DNA of 63,512 nt, the filler included, from Octopus bimaculoides (Eukaryota): NCBI RefSeq assembly GCF_001194135.2. It is 6 parts of 6 records of this genome, joined end to end, with 100 filler letters (N's around TTAATTAATTAA, not from the genome) between each part and the next. Parts side by side here need not be neighbours in the genome. Positions count along the whole stretch, not along the records: positions 21,463 to 38,976 come from NC_069009.1; 5 more parts are not named here. One strand, written 5' to 3'. Positions 24,823-36,391 of the stretch are shown here, piece by piece. The first letter of the stretch is position 1, and each line of letters starts with the position of its first letter. The translations under genes were made by a program, and so were the position numbers. The notes beneath the pieces were generated by a model. That model had not been told where the DNA came from and searched no databases. It saw only the letters and a program-made list of their open reading frames with translations.

Positions 24823-25074
24823 AGAGATCTTTGTTTTGACGGGGATTTTTCCAATTTTTTTTTTTTCACCACACACTTTTTAATGAGGAAAACAAACTTT
24901 GGAAATTTCTTTTCTTTCCCATATACANNNNNNNNNNCACACACACACACACCAGGGCCCTCAGGTTGGATAGCCAGAAAAAGAATAAAAAATAAATATT
25001 TCATAACTTTTAAGGGCAGATAGTAAAACACTTGGAAATGTTTACCATTCTATAATTTAAGTATACGAAAGGCA

Positions 25075-25250
25075 TAGAGCTGGTAGAATCGTTAGCACGC
25101 TTAGCAAAGGCAAGAATGCCGTAATAAATGCTTAGTGACATTTCGTCCGTCTTTTACCTTCTGAGTTCAAGAGCACTGTGGTCGATGTAATCAACTCACT
25201 GACTTTCCGAAAATTGCTGGCTTTGTGCCAAAATTTGAAACCTTTATTAT
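25075..25250 (+). mobile_element. SINE family B copy
   Basis: gagctggtagaatcgttagcacg...ttctgagttcaa...aaaatttgaaacc. Confidence 0.75.
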
Positions 25251-25508
25251 AGGTACATTAGAGGAAAGTGAAGTTGTACATAAAATTTCTCGACACCCTA
25301 AATGGTAATTTACAGAATGGTCTAAGAATAAACTTGTTGATTTAGGTTGTTATTGTTTAATTACTGATATCAGACAATCAGTGACGGACAATAAAGATTT
25401 AATATCGATCTCGGACTTAGCAACATTAACAACTTGCAATTTTGTCTGGAGCTTTCAATTATCCATATTCACTGATTTCTACTAAGGTAATATGTTATTA
25501 TATCTTAC

Positions 25509-25666
25509 CTGTTTTGATAAATCAATGTTAAATGTGAAAAATTCTTTAATTACAACCAAGGTGCGACTTGACAGCAGATATATATATATATATAGTTTGA
25601 CATCAGGAATATTATAAATCCAACACAGAAAGAAAAACGAAACGTAGAACAAAAAAACTAGAAACT
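25509..25666 (-). other. Predicted non-coding exon 1 of ZNF-A (intron 25508-24087)
   Basis: Minus-strand aaacag|GTAAGAT donor at 25508. Candidate acceptor ttttattgacag| at 24087. Mirror image of 26108-26251. Confidence 0.6.
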
Positions 25667-26107
25667 GTCACGGATATAGAGATTTCAAAATTCTATTGTT
25701 TTTACATTTTATATAAATTTTTCTGCAGTGCAATACGTTGGGAAGTATATGTTTATTATACATTTTAAGTGAAAATTTCAGAAATAATATACACATATAA
25801 ATATATGCTTCTAGCTGTGTGTATACGGAAACATCTGTATGTTTCATTCCACCCTGTTTCAATTCTCTTTTATCTCAACTTTCTGTCATCAAATTGTATT
25901 TCCAGTTGAATAATTCCTTGTTCTAGTTTCGTATTTTTGTTATAACCCACACATTAAAAAAATATATATATATATATAAATCACATTAACAAGAGATAAC
26001 CATATCTACACATTTCATTTAGTTCGATGATAAACAGTCTGTCTATTTCTAAATATACTTTGGAGTAATTGCGGGTATAAAAATGAAAGAAATGTCAAAC
26101 CTAGTTC
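25667..26107. promoter_or_regulatory. Candidate bidirectional promoter of the zinc-finger pair
   Basis: Spacer between the inverted-repeat arms. Plus strand TATAAAA at 26076-26082 lies 32 nt before TCAGT (A at 26108). Minus strand TATAAAA at 25713-25707 and CAGT at ~25667-25664. Confidence 0.55.
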
Positions 26108-26251
26108 AGTAGAGAATTATTTTTTTTACTACGTTTCGTTTTTCTTTCCGTGTCGTTTTTTTAATATACCTGCTGTCAAATTATTTGCTGTTAAGTCGCA
26201 CTCGGCTGTAATTAAATATATTTTTCATTAAATACTGATTTATCATAACAG
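26108..26251 (+). other. Predicted non-coding exon 1 of ZNF-B (intron 26252-30754)
   Basis: taacag|GTAAGAT donor at 26252. Candidate acceptor tattattttcag| ending at 30754. Confidence 0.6.
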
Positions 26252-26434
26252 GTAAGATATATTAACATATTTTTTAAAAGTCGATGAACAGGGTAATTGA
26301 AAGCTCTAGTCAAAAATGCGAGTTTTTAATGTTGCTTAGTCAGAGATCGATATTAATTCTTTTATTATCTGTCACTAATTGTCTGAAATCAGTAATTAAA
26401 CACTAACATTCCAGACCAACATATTATTCTTGAC

Positions 26435-26690
26435 TAGTGGTTCTCAACCAATTTTTGCCTACGGACTCCCTTTAATTCCTATTTTTCTCTGACGGACTGT
26501 CATAGCTATTCGATGATGTTTTTTTTTTTTAAATCCCATTATATTATAAATATTGTTAAGAATTGTATAAATAAATTGTTAAAAATATCTTGTGCATTGA
26601 TTGTAGAAGTATAACCAGTTTATTGGACGTAAATTTTAACAAAATCTTTTGTGGAACCTCAAGGGTCGTATGGACCGCGTTGAGAACTGT
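26435..26690. mobile_element. ~255-bp hAT-type MITE
   Basis: tagtggttctcaacc ... gttgagaactg. Homologous along its length to 48607-48868. Confidence 0.7.
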
Positions 26691-27615
26691 TTTCGAGACT
26701 TCTATAAATTACCATCTATGGTTGTGCAGAAATCTAATGTAAAGCTACACTTTCTACGAACGGGCCTATAATAATAATAATAATAGAATGGTAAACATTT
26801 CCAAGCGTTTTACGATCTGCTCTCAAAAGTTATAGGATATTCGCTATTTTCCTATTTGACGTTCGTATTGTGATGGTGATCCAAAAAGTTTATTTCAAAA
26901 CAACATTTCTTAATTATTAGTGGTACACATAACGATCAGCGAGTAAAATATGAGGAAAAATGTTCGACTTATTTTGAATAGAGTCTCGCCTTGGGCACAT
27001 TCGAGACTTCTTCAACGATCCACGGCCGGCAAAACCAAGTAATACAAATCACTGAATCCGACGAAGATCGAACCAGTGTCGTAATTGCATGGCTTTCATT
27101 GAATATCTGCTGACCTGTAAGTATTTCGTTAGAATTCATAATAAAACGAGGAGCAACAAGACATCCATGATACATGTTAATCGAGTTGAAATGAAATTGA
27201 AACTAAAACAAAATTCGATTTTATGAACGCCAAATAGGAAATTATCGGATATTCTTAATACACACCGTTAAATATGTAAACACTAACATCTCTGTTGTTT
27301 TTATTGTGGTGTCTGAATTATTTTTTATGTCAATAATTCTACCCTTCACCCTACAATATATGTACAGTTTTCTATACTTCCGTCGTGATTCCTTGCTCAC
27401 TCCTTGGACAAGTACCGTGAAGGCTACATGTTCCATATAAGTTATTTTATTATATATGGAACGTTAATAACGTCATGTTGTCACAAACTTAGCCAAACAT
27501 TAAACAGGTTCTGTCAGTGTTAGAAATTGAAGTATAAGGCGGGGGTGGGTACAAAGAGAGTTACAGCAGTTTTCGAAAAAAAAGAAGAATTTTTTTTACA
27601 AATATTCACTATCTT

Positions 27616-28025
27616 AGGCGTAGGAGTGGCTGTGTGGTAAGTAGCTTGCTTACCAACCACATGATCCCGGGTTCAGTCCCACTGCGTGGCACCTTGGGCA
27701 ATTGTCTTCTACTATAGCCTCAGGCCGACCAAAGCCTTGTGAGTGGATTTGGTAGACGGAAACTGAAAGAAACCCGTCGTATATATGTATATATATTTAT
27801 ATATATATATATATATATGTTTGTGTGTCTGTGTTTGTCCCCCCAACATCGCTTGACAACCGATGCTGGTGTGTTTATGTCCCCATAACTTAGCGGTTCG
27901 GCAAAAGAGACCAATAGAATAAGTACTAGGCTTCTAAAGAATAAGTCCTGGTGTCGATTTGCTCGACTAAAGGCAGTGCTCCAGCATGGCTACAGTCAAA
28001 AGACTGAAACAAGTAAAAGAGTAAG
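27616..28025 (+). mobile_element. tRNA-derived SINE family A, full-length copy
   Basis: A box tggctgtgtggt, B-box-like gggttcagtccc, body ccttgggcaa..gtcttctactatagcc, internal (TA)/(TG) tract, tail ...gactgaaacaagtaaaaga. Confidence 0.9.
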
Positions 28026-28402
28026 TAAATGACCTTCTCCAAATGCATTAAAAACACTATAACATAGTCAGAAAAACATTTCAGAAAATTATCTCTCTTT
28101 TTGAGACAAATTTAGTTAGGGCAAAATGAGTAAGACAAAATAAAGTAAATTTGCCTGGTTAGTTTTCCAGAATTACATTTGAGAAGACTCATGCACATCA
28201 GTATCCATCCACAAACATCAGAAAAATCAGAAATGCAACAAAAATTTAAAGTATGTAGGTCAAGTTGAAAGAGGATCTTGGTAAAATGGCAATATGATAT
28301 GTAATTAATGAAACTTGACTAAATCTAAAAACTCAACATAAAATATTCTCTGTTGCATTTTGACAATCTTCTGGAGTGTCTCTCTTCCTAATATATTTCT
28401 GC

Positions 28403-28785
28403 TGTTGTTGTTGTTGGCACTCCGTCGCTTACGACATCGAGGGTTCCAGTTGATCCGATCAACGGAACAGCCTGCTCGTGAAATTAACGTGCATGTGGCT
28501 GAGCACTCCACAGACATGTGTACCCTTAATGTAGTTCTCGGGGATATTCAGCATGACACAGAGTGTGACAATGCTGACCCTTTGAATTACAGGTACAACA
28601 GAAAGAGTGAGAGAAAGTTGTGGTGAAAGAGTACAGCAGGGTTTGCCACCATCCCCTGCCGGAGCCTCGTGGAACTTTAGGTGTTTTCGCTCAATAAACA
28701 CTCACAACGCCCGGTCTGGGAATCGAAATTGCAATCCTATGACCGCGAGTCCTCTGCTCTAACCACTGAGCCATTGCGCCTCCAC
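28403..28785 (-). mobile_element. tRNA-derived SINE family C, full-length copy
   Basis: Minus strand gtggaggcgcaatggctcagtggttagagc...gatttcgattccc head and (aac)n tail. Flanks atatatttctgc / atatatttatgc resemble a TSD. Confidence 0.88.
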
Positions 28786-29204
28786 TATATATATTTATGC
28801 ACCATGCAGTTAAAGAGAAGAAATTATTGAAATTACTCAATACTCATTTTACCCCATTTTTGACATAATATTTTGAAACTCGAAAATTCTCGAATTAGAC
28901 ATTAGTATGGGAAAAGAATCGACTTGGAATCCAACAGATAAAAGAATATTTTATTAGCAACCTCAATTGCAATCGGGTCAAAGTTAAGAAAAAATTTCTT
29001 GAAAATAAAGTACCTGTCACCTGAATATGTTCCAAACTCTCTCAACTTCAACGACAACTATGCTGACCAATTTTGGCTCCCAAAAATAATGCAAGAATAC
29101 AAAACGATGAGTCAAAGGAAATGCTAGAAGGAAAATAATGAAAATTCAGAAATTATTCATTTTGCTCAACCCCAACCAAATGGAAGTTATATTACCATCA
29201 ACTT

Positions 29205-29345
29205 AGCTAAAACATCACCATCATTTAGCATGTGTTTGCCATGCTGGCATGGGTTGGACGGTTTGACTGAAACTGTTAAGGTGGAGAGCTGCCCCAGTCT
29301 GTTTTGGTTGGTTTCTACAGCCTGATGTCTCACCCATACTGGTTG
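29205..29345 (-). mobile_element. Family D short retroelement fragment
   Basis: catgctggcatgggttggacgg...gtttctacagcctgatg is the reverse of the 33960-34213 3' end. Confidence 0.7.
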
Positions 29346-29479
29346 TCAATACTGGTTAGTAGACATGGCCTTTGCATTTTTCAATGCAAGGATCCTATAA
29401 GGCATGCTACTGATCAGATGACGAATATTCTCTTGTGGAATTTCTTGCCAAGTTTCNNNNNNNNNNATTCTCTTGTGGA

Positions 29480-30330
29480 ATTTCTTGCCAAGTTTCATGC
29501 AGTAATCTCAAAAGATCTGGCTTTGAGGATGCTTTCTTGTTCTTTTTACGAAGTGTCCTGTCTGTTTTACGAAGTGTCCTGTTCAGTCGAGTTCATATCT
29601 GGTGTCTGGCTTGGCCATGGAACCTTTTTAATGCCATTCTCTTCAATCATGGGTTTTTTTTAGCTGTGCGTCAAGGAGCCCCATCTTCCATAAATAAGGA
29701 ATCTTCTTTTATCATTTCACAATTGGAGAAGATATCAGAAGGGGTCCTTGCTGCAGTATGGACACATATTTATCTGAGTGTATGTTTCCTTCACACTCCA
29801 CCAGCTCTGATCGACCGTTACTCCAAATTGTTCACCAGACCATCACAGAATAGCCACCATGTTTCATTGTTGGCTGCAATCTTTTCACATCAAATTCTTG
29901 ATCACAGTTTCCAGACCCACACTCGACCACTGTCAGAAAATACAGCAAATCCGGACCCATCAGAGAATATGATATTGGCTGGTCGAAGAAGTGGCTTCCT
30001 TCTTGCTGCTGTGCCATAGTAACCAAGTTTATGGAGATATCTGACAGCTGTTCTGAGACTGACATCAACTTGTTCTGCTATGTTAGAGGCCTTGCAATGA
30101 GGATTATCCTCCACACTTCTCTTAACAAAGCGAAGGGTCATGTCGACCTGGGTGAGGTGATGTGGACTCCTACTCCTCTCATGAATTGCACAATCACTCT
30201 ATTAACTGTAGAAGTGAGACCCCAAAGTTTTCTGCAATCTTATTCTAAGTCCACCTTCACATTGACCCACAATACGGCCTCTTTGAAATTTGGACAGTTC
30301 CAAGGCTTATTTTGTATTTGGCATGATTAA
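29480..30330 (-). mobile_element. Tc1-family transposase remnant
   Basis: AARRKPLL..IIFSDGSGF...RVW, LQPTMKHGGYSVMVW, EDGAPCHTAK and a WPSQTPDMN-like motif in shifting frames. Confidence 0.85.
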
Positions 30331-30486
30331 ACAGTTAATATTGAACCTGGGACATAAAAATGTCAATTAATAAAAAATATAAACCATTTCAAGTTAAACA
30401 TAAAACAATGTTTTATGTGGTGTCTATTTACTTCTGCCATGTCTGTGCACACACACACACACACACACACACGCACGCACACACAC

Positions 30487-30645
30487 AGTGGGCTTTTTTT
30501 CAGTTTCTGTCTACTCCATCCACTCAGAAGGCTTTAGTCAGCCTGAGGCTATAGTAGAAGTCACTTGCCCAAGGTACTACACAGTGGGACTGAACCCAGA
30601 ACTATGCGGTTAAGAAGCAAGCTTTTTATCACGTAGCCATGCCTG
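30487..30645 (-). mobile_element. SINE family A head/body copy
   Basis: Reverse complement of family A: cttgcccaagg...gggactgaaccc. Confidence 0.8.
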
Positions 30646-31059
30646 TACTATATCTGTATTTATAGTTTATAAAAATTTAATAGTAAAATGTATGTTTTTA
30701 ATCTCTGCTTTTTAAGTATTGTCTATATCTTATATTGTTTTTATATTATTTCAGAATATCAGATGTCAGAGACATAAAAGGAATTTTTACTTCAGATACA
30801 TCTTCAATATTGATCAGCCTTTAAAGACTCAAGGAAGACATTATACATCATAAATATAAACCTGTTTATATAACATAATCTGTGGTGAATTCCAGTGAAA
30901 TATATCTTCTGAACTGAGGTTAATAGCAATATTTCTCTACTCTGCTGTCTGGAATATATACAGAATGATATTGGATTCTAATTGAACTTGAACAAATCTA
31001 TGAAGGAGTTTGCAAACGTCTTCTGATTTTGACCAAGATCAGAAGTGATCAAAAATCAT

Positions 31060-31315
31060 CAGCATCATCATTGTCATCATCATGTTAATGTCCACTTTTC
31101 TATGCTTGTAAGGGTCAGGCAGATTTTTTTACAGCTGGCTGCCTTTCCTGTCTGCAACCCTCATCAGTTTCCAAACAAGGTGATATTTTCTCATGGCTGG
31201 ACGTGTTTTCATGGACAATTAGAGAAATGAATAACACTGCTTGTATGACAGTGGTACTCGTTTACAACTATAATGTGATGTCCAGACAAGGGGATAGCAG
31301 TAGAAATATTTCCGT
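31060..31315 (-). mobile_element. Family D-related repeat inserted upstream of the ZNF-B ORF
   Basis: (cat)n then gttaatgtccacttttctatgc...tttacagctggctgcctttcctgtc. Interrupts the region homologous to the ZNF-A 5'UTR. Confidence 0.6.
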
Positions 31316-31455
31316 CAACACAGAAATATATGAAAAAAGAAAAAAAGAAGTAAAACAAAGAGAAATGTTTTTAACTTATGGTAATATAGAAAACATTACA
31401 GAACAATGAATTATGTGACAAATGAAAAGGATTATTTTTATTAACTGAAGAGAAG

Positions 31456-32439
31456 ATGGATTCTACAGAAAATCCAACATATTCTGAAATCTGTAAAATG
31501 TCTTTCCCTCAAAATTATAGCCTTACCACTCACCAACATTTTCACTTTGGAGAGAAGCCATATCATTGCAATGTCTGTGGTAAGTCTTTCTCTCAAAATT
31601 GTGACTTAACTAAGCACAAACGCATCCATACCGGAGAGAAACCATATCGCTGTGATATCTGTGGTGAATCATTCTCAGCCAGCAGTACCTTAACTACACA
31701 CAGATACGTTCACACGGGAGAGAAACCACATGTCTGCGACACATGTGGCGAAGCGTTCACTCAGAAAGGTATCTTAGGTCAACACAAACGTATTCATACA
31801 GGAGAGAGACCTTATCTCTGTGATGTCTGCGGGAAAGCTTTCTCTCTAAATAGTAACTTAACCAAACACAAGTATATTCATTCAGGAGAGAGACCATTTC
31901 ACTGTGACATCTGTGGTAAATCATTCACTGAAAGTAGTACTTTGACTAAACACAAACGCATTCATACAGGAGAGAAACCCTACCCCTGTAATATCTGTGG
32001 TAAATCATTCTCAGGAAGTAGTCATTTAATTACACATAAGTACATTCATACAGGGGAGAAACCGTATCACTGTGATATTTGTGCTAAATCGTTCTCTCAA
32101 CTAAATGCCTTTAGTAGGCACAAGCGCATTCATACCGGAGAGAAACCATATCATTGTGATATCTGTGGTAAATCATTCTCAGCAAGCAATGCCTTAACTG
32201 CACATAAATATATTCATACAGGAGAAAAACCTTATGACTGTGATATCTGTGGTAAATCATTCTCTCAGATAAGTACCTTGACTAAACACAAATTCATTCA
32301 TACAGGAGAGAAGCCATATCATTGCAATATTTGTGGTAAATCATTTGCTCTAAATGGTCACTTAACTAAACACAAATATATTCACACGGGAGAAAAACTA
32401 TATAAATGTGATAAACCCCTCTCTCAAGAAGTTAGTTAA
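31456..32439 (+). CDS. C2H2 zinc-finger protein, 327 aa, 10 intact fingers plus degenerate first and last fingers, no effector domain (ZNF-B)
   Basis: Uninterrupted ORF with TGEKP/TGERP linkers. Starts with the half-finger YSEICKMSF, ends [12 protein letters not shown]. Confidence 0.95.
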   Translation: MDSTENPTYSEICKMSFPQNYSLTTHQHFHFGEKPYHCNVCGKSFSQNCDLTKHKRIHTGEKPYRCDICGESFSASSTLTTHRYVHTGEKPHVCDTCGEAFTQKGILGQHKRIHTGERPYLCDVCGKAFSLNSNLTKHKYIHSGERPFHCDICGKSFTESSTLTKHKRIHTGEKPYPCNICGKSFSGSSHLITHKYIHTGEKPYHCDICAKSFSQLNAFSRHKRIHTGEKPYHCDICGKSFSASNALTAHKYIHTGEKPYDCDICGKSFSQISTLTKHKFIHTGEKPYHCNICGKSFALNGHLTKHKYIHTGEKLYKCDKPLSQEVS

Positions 32440-32446
32440 CCAGACG

Positions 32447-32872
32447 TTTATTTTTTTTTTTTATGGCCGGGTTCCAACCTGGGTTGCAGCAACAAAGACC
32501 ACTCACCATACTTCTTGGTCCGTCATCACTGCCTCAAGGTCCTGGATACATTTCGGGCCAGTGTCTGCGATCAATGTAAGTGTGATGACGTTTTCCTCTT
32601 CCAACATCTCCATGAAGTGCGTTCCACAAGAGTAATTTGGATGCTCTCAACTATGGATAGCGCACGCAGTGACCAGATAGTCACAGCCATCTTTGCCTGA
32701 TTTTCTCACTGATTTTTGGCTGGTCTCTGTAAAGGCATTCATTTGTCTTATGTTGCTGCCATTTCACATTTAGGGCCATTTTTAGCATCATTGCATGGCA
32801 GCCATGTAGTCTGTTTGATAATTTCTTTGTTAGTGTCCATGTTTCACTGCCATAGAACTGTATCAAGATCAA
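32447..32872 (-). mobile_element. RTE-clade LINE 3' fragment with A-rich tail
   Basis: ILIQFYGSETWTLTKKLSNRLHGCHAMMLKMALNVKWQQHKTNECLY, then SGHCVRYP...GRGKRHHTYID. T-run at 32451-32462. Confidence 0.85.
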
Positions 32873-32934
32873 AAGTCAATCTGTGAAAGAAATAGATCTG
32901 ATAACCACATTAGTTATACATGTACATTGGTTAG

Positions 32935-33905
32935 TGAAGGTGTGTGGCTTAGCAGTTAGGTTAGTTGGCTCATGATCGTGAGGTTGTGAGTTCAATTTCC
33001 AGCAGCATGTTGTGTCCTTGAGCAAGACACTTTATTTCACATTGCTTCAGTCCACTCAGCTGGCAAAAATGAGTAATATCTGTATTTCAAAGGGGCCAGC
33101 CTTGTCACATTATATGTCATGCTGAATCTCCCTGAGATCTACATTAAGTGTACATGTGTCTGTGGAGTGCTCAGCCACTTGGACGTTAATTTCACATGCA
33201 GGCTGTCCCATTGATTGGATCAGCTGGAATCCTTGTCGTTGTAACCAGTGGACTGCCAGCTTTTATTGAAGATGTGTGTCTTAGTTGTTAGACTATTTGG
33301 CTCACGATTGTAAGGTTGTGAGTTCGATTCCTGGAGGCATGTTCTGTCCTTGAGCGAGACACTTTACTTCATGTTGCTCCAGTTCACTCAGCTGGGAAAA
33401 ATGAGTTGCACCTGTAACTCAAAGGGCCAGCAGCCTTAACACATTCTGTGTCATGCTGAATTTCCCTGAGAACTACATTAAGGGTACATGTGCCTGTGGT
33501 GTACTCAACCACTTGCATGTTAATTTCACAAGCAGGTTGTTCCATTGATCAGATCAACTGGAACCCTTATCATTGTAACCAACGAAGTCCCAGTTTTTAG
33601 TGAAGGTCTCTGACTTGGTCGTTACAGTATTCAGCTCCTGATTGTAAGGTTGTGAGTTCAATTCCCAACGGCATGTTATGTCCTTGAGCAAGACATTTTA
33701 TTTCACTCAATTGGCAAAAACGAGTTGTACCTGTAATTCAAAAGGGCCAACTTTATCACATTCAGTGTTATGCTGAATCTCTCTGAGAAATACATTAAAG
33801 GTTTATATGTCTGTGGAGTACTCAGCCATGTGTGTGTTAATTTTATGGGCAGGCTGTTCTGTTGATTATATCAACTGGAACCCTTGTTGTCATAACTGAT
33901 GGTTG
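32935..33905 (+). mobile_element. Three head-to-tail ~333-bp SINE copies sharing their 3' half with family C
   Basis: Units start tgaag at 32935, 33267 and 33601. Central gtccttgagcaagacac block. 3' gtctgtggagtgctcagccactt...ctggaa as in family C. Confidence 0.85.
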
Positions 33906-33927
33906 CTAGTTTGTTTTCTTTTTTATA

Positions 33928-33958
<31 letters not shown>

Positions 33959-33959
33959 G

Positions 33960-34213
33960 TGCGGGTGGCACATGAAATGCACCATTTTGAGCGTGGCCGT
34001 TGCCCATACCGCCTGACTGGCCTTCGTGCGGGTGACATGTAAAAGCACCCACTACACTCTCTGAGTGGTTGGCGTTAGGAAGGGCATCCAGCTGTAGAAA
34101 CTCTGCCAAATCAGATTGGAGCCTGGTGTAGCCATCTGGTTTCACCAGTCCTCAGTCAAATCGTCCAACCCATGCCAGCATGGAAAGCAGACGTTAAACG
34201 ACGACGACGACGA
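33960..34213 (+). mobile_element. Family D short retroelement with (gac/gat)n tail
   Basis: gagtggttggcgttaggaagggcatccagctgtagaaac...ccaacccatgccagcatggaaagcagacgttaaacgacgacg. Confidence 0.8.
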
Positions 34214-34367
34214 TATATATACATTGGCAAGATCAATAACTATTGTGATATTTTTAATAGATGTATTTTTTTAGAATATTGGGAAATATACACATCTGAG
34301 TATTTTGTAGACAAAAGAAAAACATTACTGTTTATTTGACATTGTGCGTAAATAGATTTTTTATGTG

Positions 34368-34598
34368 TTCAAGTCGTTGGACTGCGGCCATGCTGGGGCA
34401 CTGCCTTGAAGAATTTTTAGTCAAATGAATCGACCCCAGTACTTATTTTGTTTTGTAGCTTGGTATTTATTTTATCGGTTTCTTTTGGTGAACTGCTAAG
34501 TTATGGGTCATAAACACGAATACTGGTTGTCAAACAGTGGTAGAGGACAAAACACAGACACGCCCCCCCCCCNNNNNNNNNNNNNNNNNNNNNNACAC

Positions 34599-34631
<33 letters not shown>

Positions 34632-35476
34632 TATATACAATGGGCTTCTTTCAGTTTCTGTCTAGTAGATCCACTCACTAGGTTTTGGTCAACCTGACGC
34701 TATTGTAGGTGATACTTGCCCACTGTACCAAGCAGTGGGACTGAAACAAACTTCTTATCACACACACACACACACACACACACATTATNNNNNNNNNNAT
34801 ATATGTATACACACACGACAAGCTTTTTTAAGTTTCCCTCTGCTAACATGGCTTTGGTCAGGCTGTGGGAGACATTTGCCCAAGGTGCCACACTGTAGGA
34901 CTGAACCCATAACCATGTGGCCGGGAGGAAAACTTCTTACCACACAGCCACACCTGTGCCTGAGAAATGAGATGAGAAATATATCATCATAAAATGAGTG
35001 ATAACATCTCCGTCAAATTATTATGATAGAAAAAAAATGCACAAACTGTAAATAAAAAATATTTCATCAGACCATATTAGGATATATAAATGCCACATGC
35101 ATTTTTCATTTACCTTATCTTCTATTGGCCATATTGATCTTGGTATTTATTTTTTAAAGCCTGATACTTATTTCATCAGTCCTTTTTTGCCAAATTGCTA
35201 AGTTAGGGGATGTAAACACATTGACACTGGTCATCAATTGGCAGTAGGGGACAAGCACAGGCACAAAGCACACACACTCTCTCTCTCACACACACACACA
35301 CATACACACCCGCACATACACATGATGGGCTTCTTTCAGTTTCTACATACCAAATCCATTCACAAGGCTTGTTGGTACAAAGCTATAATAGAAGATACTT
35401 ACCCAAAGTGCCATGCAGTGGGACTGAACCTGGAACCGTGTAGTTGGGAAGCAAATTTCTTATCACACTGCCACAC
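34368..35476 (-). mobile_element. Cluster of three SINE family A copies, same orientation
   Basis: Copies at about 34368-34760, 34800-34960 and 35155-35476, each the reverse complement of family A segments. Confidence 0.8.
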
Positions 35477-36391
35477 CTTATATATATATATATTTTGTTT
35501 TGTAATTTTATCTATTCTATGGTTGGTAAGATCGTAATCATTTTACCATTTCTTGTAGCAGATCAGAAAGAAAGTTCCATCATATTTTTGACTTGATCAC
35601 TTTACGGGTACGTTTACAATATTCATAGTAGAATATGCATTAGTTTTTGCATTCTAATGTTTTATCCTCTATTTGCGGATTACTTCATGCCAATGGTTCT
35701 GAACTGGGGTCTATATAACCCCTGAAGGTCCATATAACATTTTTGGGGGGTCCACGTAACAAAGTAGTTAATTGAAGATCCACAATAGTATATTTTAAGG
35801 GCCTCTGGAAAAAATTTAGATGTATGTATTGGTATGTATCACAAGAAACATGTAGGTTTCCTTCTCTTACATTTTACATAGTTCAATCTTCGAACACCAA
35901 ATGGCTATGGGGACCCAACAGAAAATAATAATCAAAAGGGCTCCACACAAGCAAAATAGCAAATTGGGGATCCACAATAATATTTTAAGGGCTCCTGTAA
36001 AAATTTTGTTTTAGGTGTATGTATTGCAAAAAACAGGTTTCTTTCTGTATCATTTTACCCAGTTCAACCCACACAAATTAATGTGTTAAAACATTAATAA
36101 ATAACATTCTATAGAACTAGTTTTTAAACATTGAATGGCTGTAGGGGTCCACCAGAATAAAATAATAATTTAAGGGGGTCCAAGCTAGCAAAATAGTAAA
36201 TTGAGGATTTGGTGTAGTATCTTAAGGGCCCATGATAAAGCTTTGCTTTAGATGTATGTATTGGTTATGTATTGCAAGAAACAGTTTGGTTTCTTTCTCT
36301 AATATTTTACAGAGTTCAACTGACACAAGTTAATGTGGGAGAAACAAAATAGGAATTTTGAAAGAAGGATCTATAAAACTAGTTTTTATGT

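Noticed and set aside
26969-27436. Minus-strand ORFs inside the ZNF-B intron
   Set aside because: No recognisable domain. Likely decayed DNA-transposon sequence.
29427-29496. Direct repeat around a 10-N gap; same pattern at 62428-62503
   Set aside because: Unmerged contig overlap artefact.
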